From the NCBI GenBank assembly GCA_040904565.1, contig JBBDTI010000016.1, positions 132,428 through 176,861 of the forward strand: a stretch of 44,434 nt of DNA, in the 5' to 3' direction. This document shows positions 41,345 to 44,434 of this stretch, piece after piece; position 1 is the first letter of the stretch, and each line of letters starts with the position of its first letter. This DNA comes from Rhodothermales bacterium. Lineage in GTDB: Bacteria; Bacteroidota; Rhodothermia; Rhodothermales; VXPQ01. Below the pieces are notes generated by a model. It searched no databases, had not been told where the DNA came from, and saw only the letters and a list, made by a program, of their open reading frames with translations. The translations under genes were made by a program, and so were the position numbers.

Positions 41345-42121
41345 ATGTCTGTTTGGTCTCGATTCACCAGATTCATCAAGTCGATCTTCGGGGGAGCCAT
41401 CTCCTCCATGGAAGATCCGCGGCTCATCCTGGAGCAGAACATCCGTGAGCTGAATGACCAGGTGCCCAAGATGAACGAGAACATTGCCACGGTGAAGGCG
41501 AATGTCATCTTGCTCCAGAAGGAGCTAAAGCGGAGCGAGGAAGAAGCGAAGAACCTCACGGTGCGGGTCAAATCGGCCATCCAGGCCGATCGCGAGGACA
41601 TCGCCCAGCAGTATGCCCTGAATCTCGAAAAAGCCCGGGAATCCCTCGAACGAACGCGCGAACAGCTCAAGTACGCCTCCGCCGCCTACGACAAGGCGAT
41701 CCAGGTAAAGAAGACCTTCATGCGGGAAAAGGACCGCAAGATCGTGGAGGCCAAGAATGCGCTGCGCGAGCACGAACGGGCGAAGTGGCAGGCAAAGATC
41801 GCCGATACGCTCGAGCAGTTCGAGGTATCCGGCATCGATCAGACGCACGACGAGATGATCACGCGCATCCAGGAGCAAACCGCGCGCAACGAAGCGCGGA
41901 TGGAAATTGCACTGGATTCGGTGGATAGCGAGGCGCTGCAGATCGAGGAAGACGCCGAAAAACTGCGTGCCGCAGAGCTGGTAAGGCAATTCAAACTGGA
42001 AATGGGGATGGCTGACACCCCGGAAAAAAAGGAGTCCGGTGAAGAGATCGAGCTGCCCGAACAGACGGCCGAAGAGTCCTCGAAAACGATCGGTAAGCAG
42101 CGAACACGATCCGACGGCTGA
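41345..42121 (+). CDS. pspA: PspA/IM30 (ESCRT-III-like) family protein
   Basis: Amphipathic MSVWSRFTRFIKSIFG, EDPRLILEQ, AIQADREDIA, long coiled coil; start moved to ATG 41345. Confidence 0.9.
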   Translation: MSVWSRFTRFIKSIFGGAISSMEDPRLILEQNIRELNDQVPKMNENIATVKANVILLQKELKRSEEEAKNLTVRVKSAIQADREDIAQQYALNLEKARESLERTREQLKYASAAYDKAIQVKKTFMREKDRKIVEAKNALREHERAKWQAKIADTLEQFEVSGIDQTHDEMITRIQEQTARNEARMEIALDSVDSEALQIEEDAEKLRAAELVRQFKLEMGMADTPEKKESGEEIELPEQTAEESSKTIGKQRTRSDG

Positions 42122-42140
42122 AGATAGCGCATCCGATACG

Positions 42141-42431
42141 ATGACCCCGGAGGAATATCAGCAGTATAAGAACGCCGAGAAGGCGCACCTGAGAAAACTC
42201 AGGGAGCTCAAGAAGGCCGTTCGTAGACTGGAACGACGGAAAGACGTTCGGGCTTCGCTGGAGGACGTGAGTCGGTCTGCCGATGAGGCGCTGGAGACGC
42301 ACCAGGAGATGGTGAACCGCCTGGCGCAGGAGACGGCGCGGCTGGAAGCCCGACTGGAAATCGCACTGGATTCGGCTTCGGGGAGCGAGGATCCGAAGGC
42401 CGACGACCGGCCGGAGTACGACGCCACCTAA
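42141..42431 (+). CDS. Small coiled-coil protein homologous to the C-terminal half of the upstream PspA
   Basis: THQEMVNRLAQETARLEARLEIALDS versus PspA THDEMITRIQEQTARNEARMEIALDS; ATG at 42141, stop 1 nt before the next gene. Confidence 0.75.
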   Translation: MTPEEYQQYKNAEKAHLRKLRELKKAVRRLERRKDVRASLEDVSRSADEALETHQEMVNRLAQETARLEARLEIALDSASGSEDPKADDRPEYDAT

Positions 42432-42432
42432 C

Positions 42433-43305
42433 GTGCAGCCGTACATGAACGATTTAAACATCAACTATACGAAAGAGGCCTTCCTGAATCCGATTAATCT
42501 CGGATTCCTGATCGTGGCCATGCTTACGGCCTTCTTCCTCAGCGGGTCGGAGCCGTGGTTTAATCTGATGCTGATCATGGCGGCCGCGCTCGAGTTGATG
42601 TATCTCGGAGTGGTGCCCCGCAACGATCGGTTCCGGCGCGCGGTGCGCTCCCGACGCGCCGCGGAGCACGCCAAACCTCCTTCCCAGAAGGAAATCTTCC
42701 AGCTTCTCACGAAAACGAGCCAGCGCCGGTACGCGCGGCTGCGTAAGCTGGAAAAGGACATCTCGACCAACTATCGGAAGTTGAGCTACGCCTCGCAGGG
42801 CCTGCTCGACAGCCATCTCGGTAAGATCGACGGTTTGCTCGATTCGTACCTGAACCTGCTCTACCAGAAGGAGCGCTACGAGTACACGAACCAGAGCAGC
42901 GCCGAGAGTGAAGTTATTCAGGCTATCTCAGCGCTCCGTGAGGATATGGCCGACGACTCCGACAAGGTACGTTCCATCAAGGAGCGTCGACTGCGCATCC
43001 TGGAGCAGCGCCTGCAGCGCTTCAAGAAAAGCAGTGAGAACCTCGAGATTATCGAGGCCCAGCTCGAGACGATCGAGGATGTCGTAAAGTACATCCACGA
43101 ACAGTCACTCACGCTGAGAAATCCGGAGGAGATCACGTTTCAGCTCGATACGCTGCTCTCCGAAGTCGAAGAAACGGAGGCCGCCATCCAGGAGATCGAG
43201 GAAGCCTTTGCCCCGGCAACGGATCTCCTCAGCGAGATCGATACGTTCGGGTCCGCGGACGACCAGCGTTCATCGACACCCGATCGCTCGCGAACGGGAC
43301 AATAA
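42433..43305 (+). CDS. Membrane protein with two N-terminal TM helices and a long cytoplasmic coiled coil, pspA-associated
   Basis: Hydrophobic NLGFLIVAMLTAFFL and LMLIMAAALELMYLGVV, then heptad-rich sequence; GTG 42433 or ATG 42445. Confidence 0.8.
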   Translation: MQPYMNDLNINYTKEAFLNPINLGFLIVAMLTAFFLSGSEPWFNLMLIMAAALELMYLGVVPRNDRFRRAVRSRRAAEHAKPPSQKEIFQLLTKTSQRRYARLRKLEKDISTNYRKLSYASQGLLDSHLGKIDGLLDSYLNLLYQKERYEYTNQSSAESEVIQAISALREDMADDSDKVRSIKERRLRILEQRLQRFKKSSENLEIIEAQLETIEDVVKYIHEQSLTLRNPEEITFQLDTLLSEVEETEAAIQEIEEAFAPATDLLSEIDTFGSADDQRSSTPDRSRTGQ

Positions 43306-43340
43306 GGAAGGAGACCGTGCGCGACGACGCCGTCTGAGTC

Positions 43341-44434
43341 ATGGAGTTCGCGATCATTTTTTTGATGCTCGTTCTGAGCGCGTTTTTCTCCGGATCGGAG
43401 ATCGCGTTCGTCGTAGCCAACCGGCTCCGCGTAGAGGTACTGGCCCGTCGGGAAGGTGTCGTGGGACCGATCGTCCGCGACTTTCTCCAGAATCCTGCGA
43501 CGTTTCTCACGACGACGCTCGTAGGCAACAACATCGCGCTCGTCGTCTATTCGACGCTGATGGCCGTCTACCTCGATCCGCCGCTCGAAGGCGCATTCCT
43601 TGCGGCCGGACTGGCCGATTCGGGCCTGGAGCTGGCCGTACTCGGGACGCAGACGATCATTGCGAGCCTCGTGGTCCTCTTCTTTGGTGAGATCCTGCCC
43701 AAGTCACTGATGCGGGAGGTGGCCAACCAGGCCGTCTTCGTGTTAGCCGTTCCGCTGCGCGTATCGTACTACGTGCTTCTCCCCATGGTAAAGCTGGCGG
43801 CCGGAGCATCGTCGCTGCTCGTCCGCCTCTTCCGAGCGGAAGCCGACGCATTCGCGCAATTCATGCGTCGTGACTTCGAGGTGATCATTCAGGAAAGCAA
43901 GGCGAGCGGAGAACTCGAACTGAATGAGGACGAAAGCGAGCTGCTCGCCAACGTCTTTGCGATGAATACCATCCGCGTGAAAGAATCGATGGTTCCGCGA
44001 ACCGATATCGTAGCCGTGGAGAAAAGCATTCCGCTGGAGGATCTCCTCGGCCGCTTCATCGACACCGGACACTCCAAGCTGCCGGTCTATGCGGACAATA
44101 TCGACAACATCGTGGGGGTCGTGTTTGCGTACGATCTCTTCGATCAGCCGTCCACGATCGACGAGATCATCCGCCCGGCGAAATTCGTCCCCGAGTCCAA
44201 GCGCTCGAAAGATCTTCTGCGCGAGTTTCTGACCACGAATACATCGGTCGCCATCGTCATCGACGAATACGGGGGTACGGCCGGCATCGTCACGCGGGAG
44301 GATCTACTCGAGGAACTGTTCGGCGACATTCAGGATGAGTTCGACACCGACACGGAGATCCTGCGCCGCACCGGCCAGAACAGTTACATCGCCAGCGGCA
44401 GGGTCGACGCGGACGAGCTGCGTGACCGATTCGA
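43341..44434 (+). CDS. CNNM/DUF21-CBS (hemolysin family, CorC/HlyC-like) membrane protein, cut by the window edge (absent from the ORF track)
   Basis: Manual translation MEFAIIFLMLVLSAFFSGSEIAF..LVGNN..FGEILPK..MVPR..GHSKLPV..IDEYGGTAGIVTREDLLEELFGDIQDEFD. Confidence 0.92.
   Translation, partial: MEFAIIFLMLVLSAFFSGSEIAFVVANRLRVEVLARREGVVGPIVRDFLQNPATFLTTTLVGNNIALVVYSTLMAVYLDPPLEGAFLAAGLADSGLELAVLGTQTIIASLVVLFFGEILPKSLMREVANQAVFVLAVPLRVSYYVLLPMVKLAAGASSLLVRLFRAEADAFAQFMRRDFEVIIQESKASGELELNEDESELLANVFAMNTIRVKESMVPRTDIVAVEKSIPLEDLLGRFIDTGHSKLPVYADNIDNIVGVVFAYDLFDQPSTIDEIIRPAKFVPESKRSKDLLREFLTTNTSVAIVIDEYGGTAGIVTREDLLEELFGDIQDEFDTDTEILRRTGQNSYIASGRVDADELRDRF

Overview
High-GC bacterial chromosomal window, most likely from a Rhodothermales/Rhodothermota-like organism (inferred from the actABCDEFG-sco-caa3 gene order, pentaheme ActA, monoheme lipoprotein ActE and type A2 oxidase). 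The left 24 kb is a minus-strand respiratory region. It holds alternative complex III, SCO and caa3 cytochrome c oxidase, then a small membrane protein, a Pcm with an apparent lipoprotein signal and a membrane SAM-fold protein. It ends in a separately promoted, translationally coupled module: an atypical cytochrome bd subunit I-like protein with no cydB, three membrane-anchored c-type cytochromes (one with an EbdC/NxrC-type domain), an AhbD/NirJ-like radical SAM enzyme and a ferredoxin cut by the window edge. This bd-like module, resembling those of nitrite oxidizers and anammox bacteria, is the most striking element. The right 20 kb is mostly housekeeping (GT2, accA, thioesterase, nadC, ROK kinase, wcaJ, ABC-F, FG-GAP protein, STAS protein, uvrB, rpmE, pdp). 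It ends with pspA, a truncated mini-PspA paralog, a membrane coiled-coil protein and a CNNM/CBS protein. No tRNA, rRNA, CRISPR array or mobile element was seen. All calls come from motif reading by eye, without database searches.
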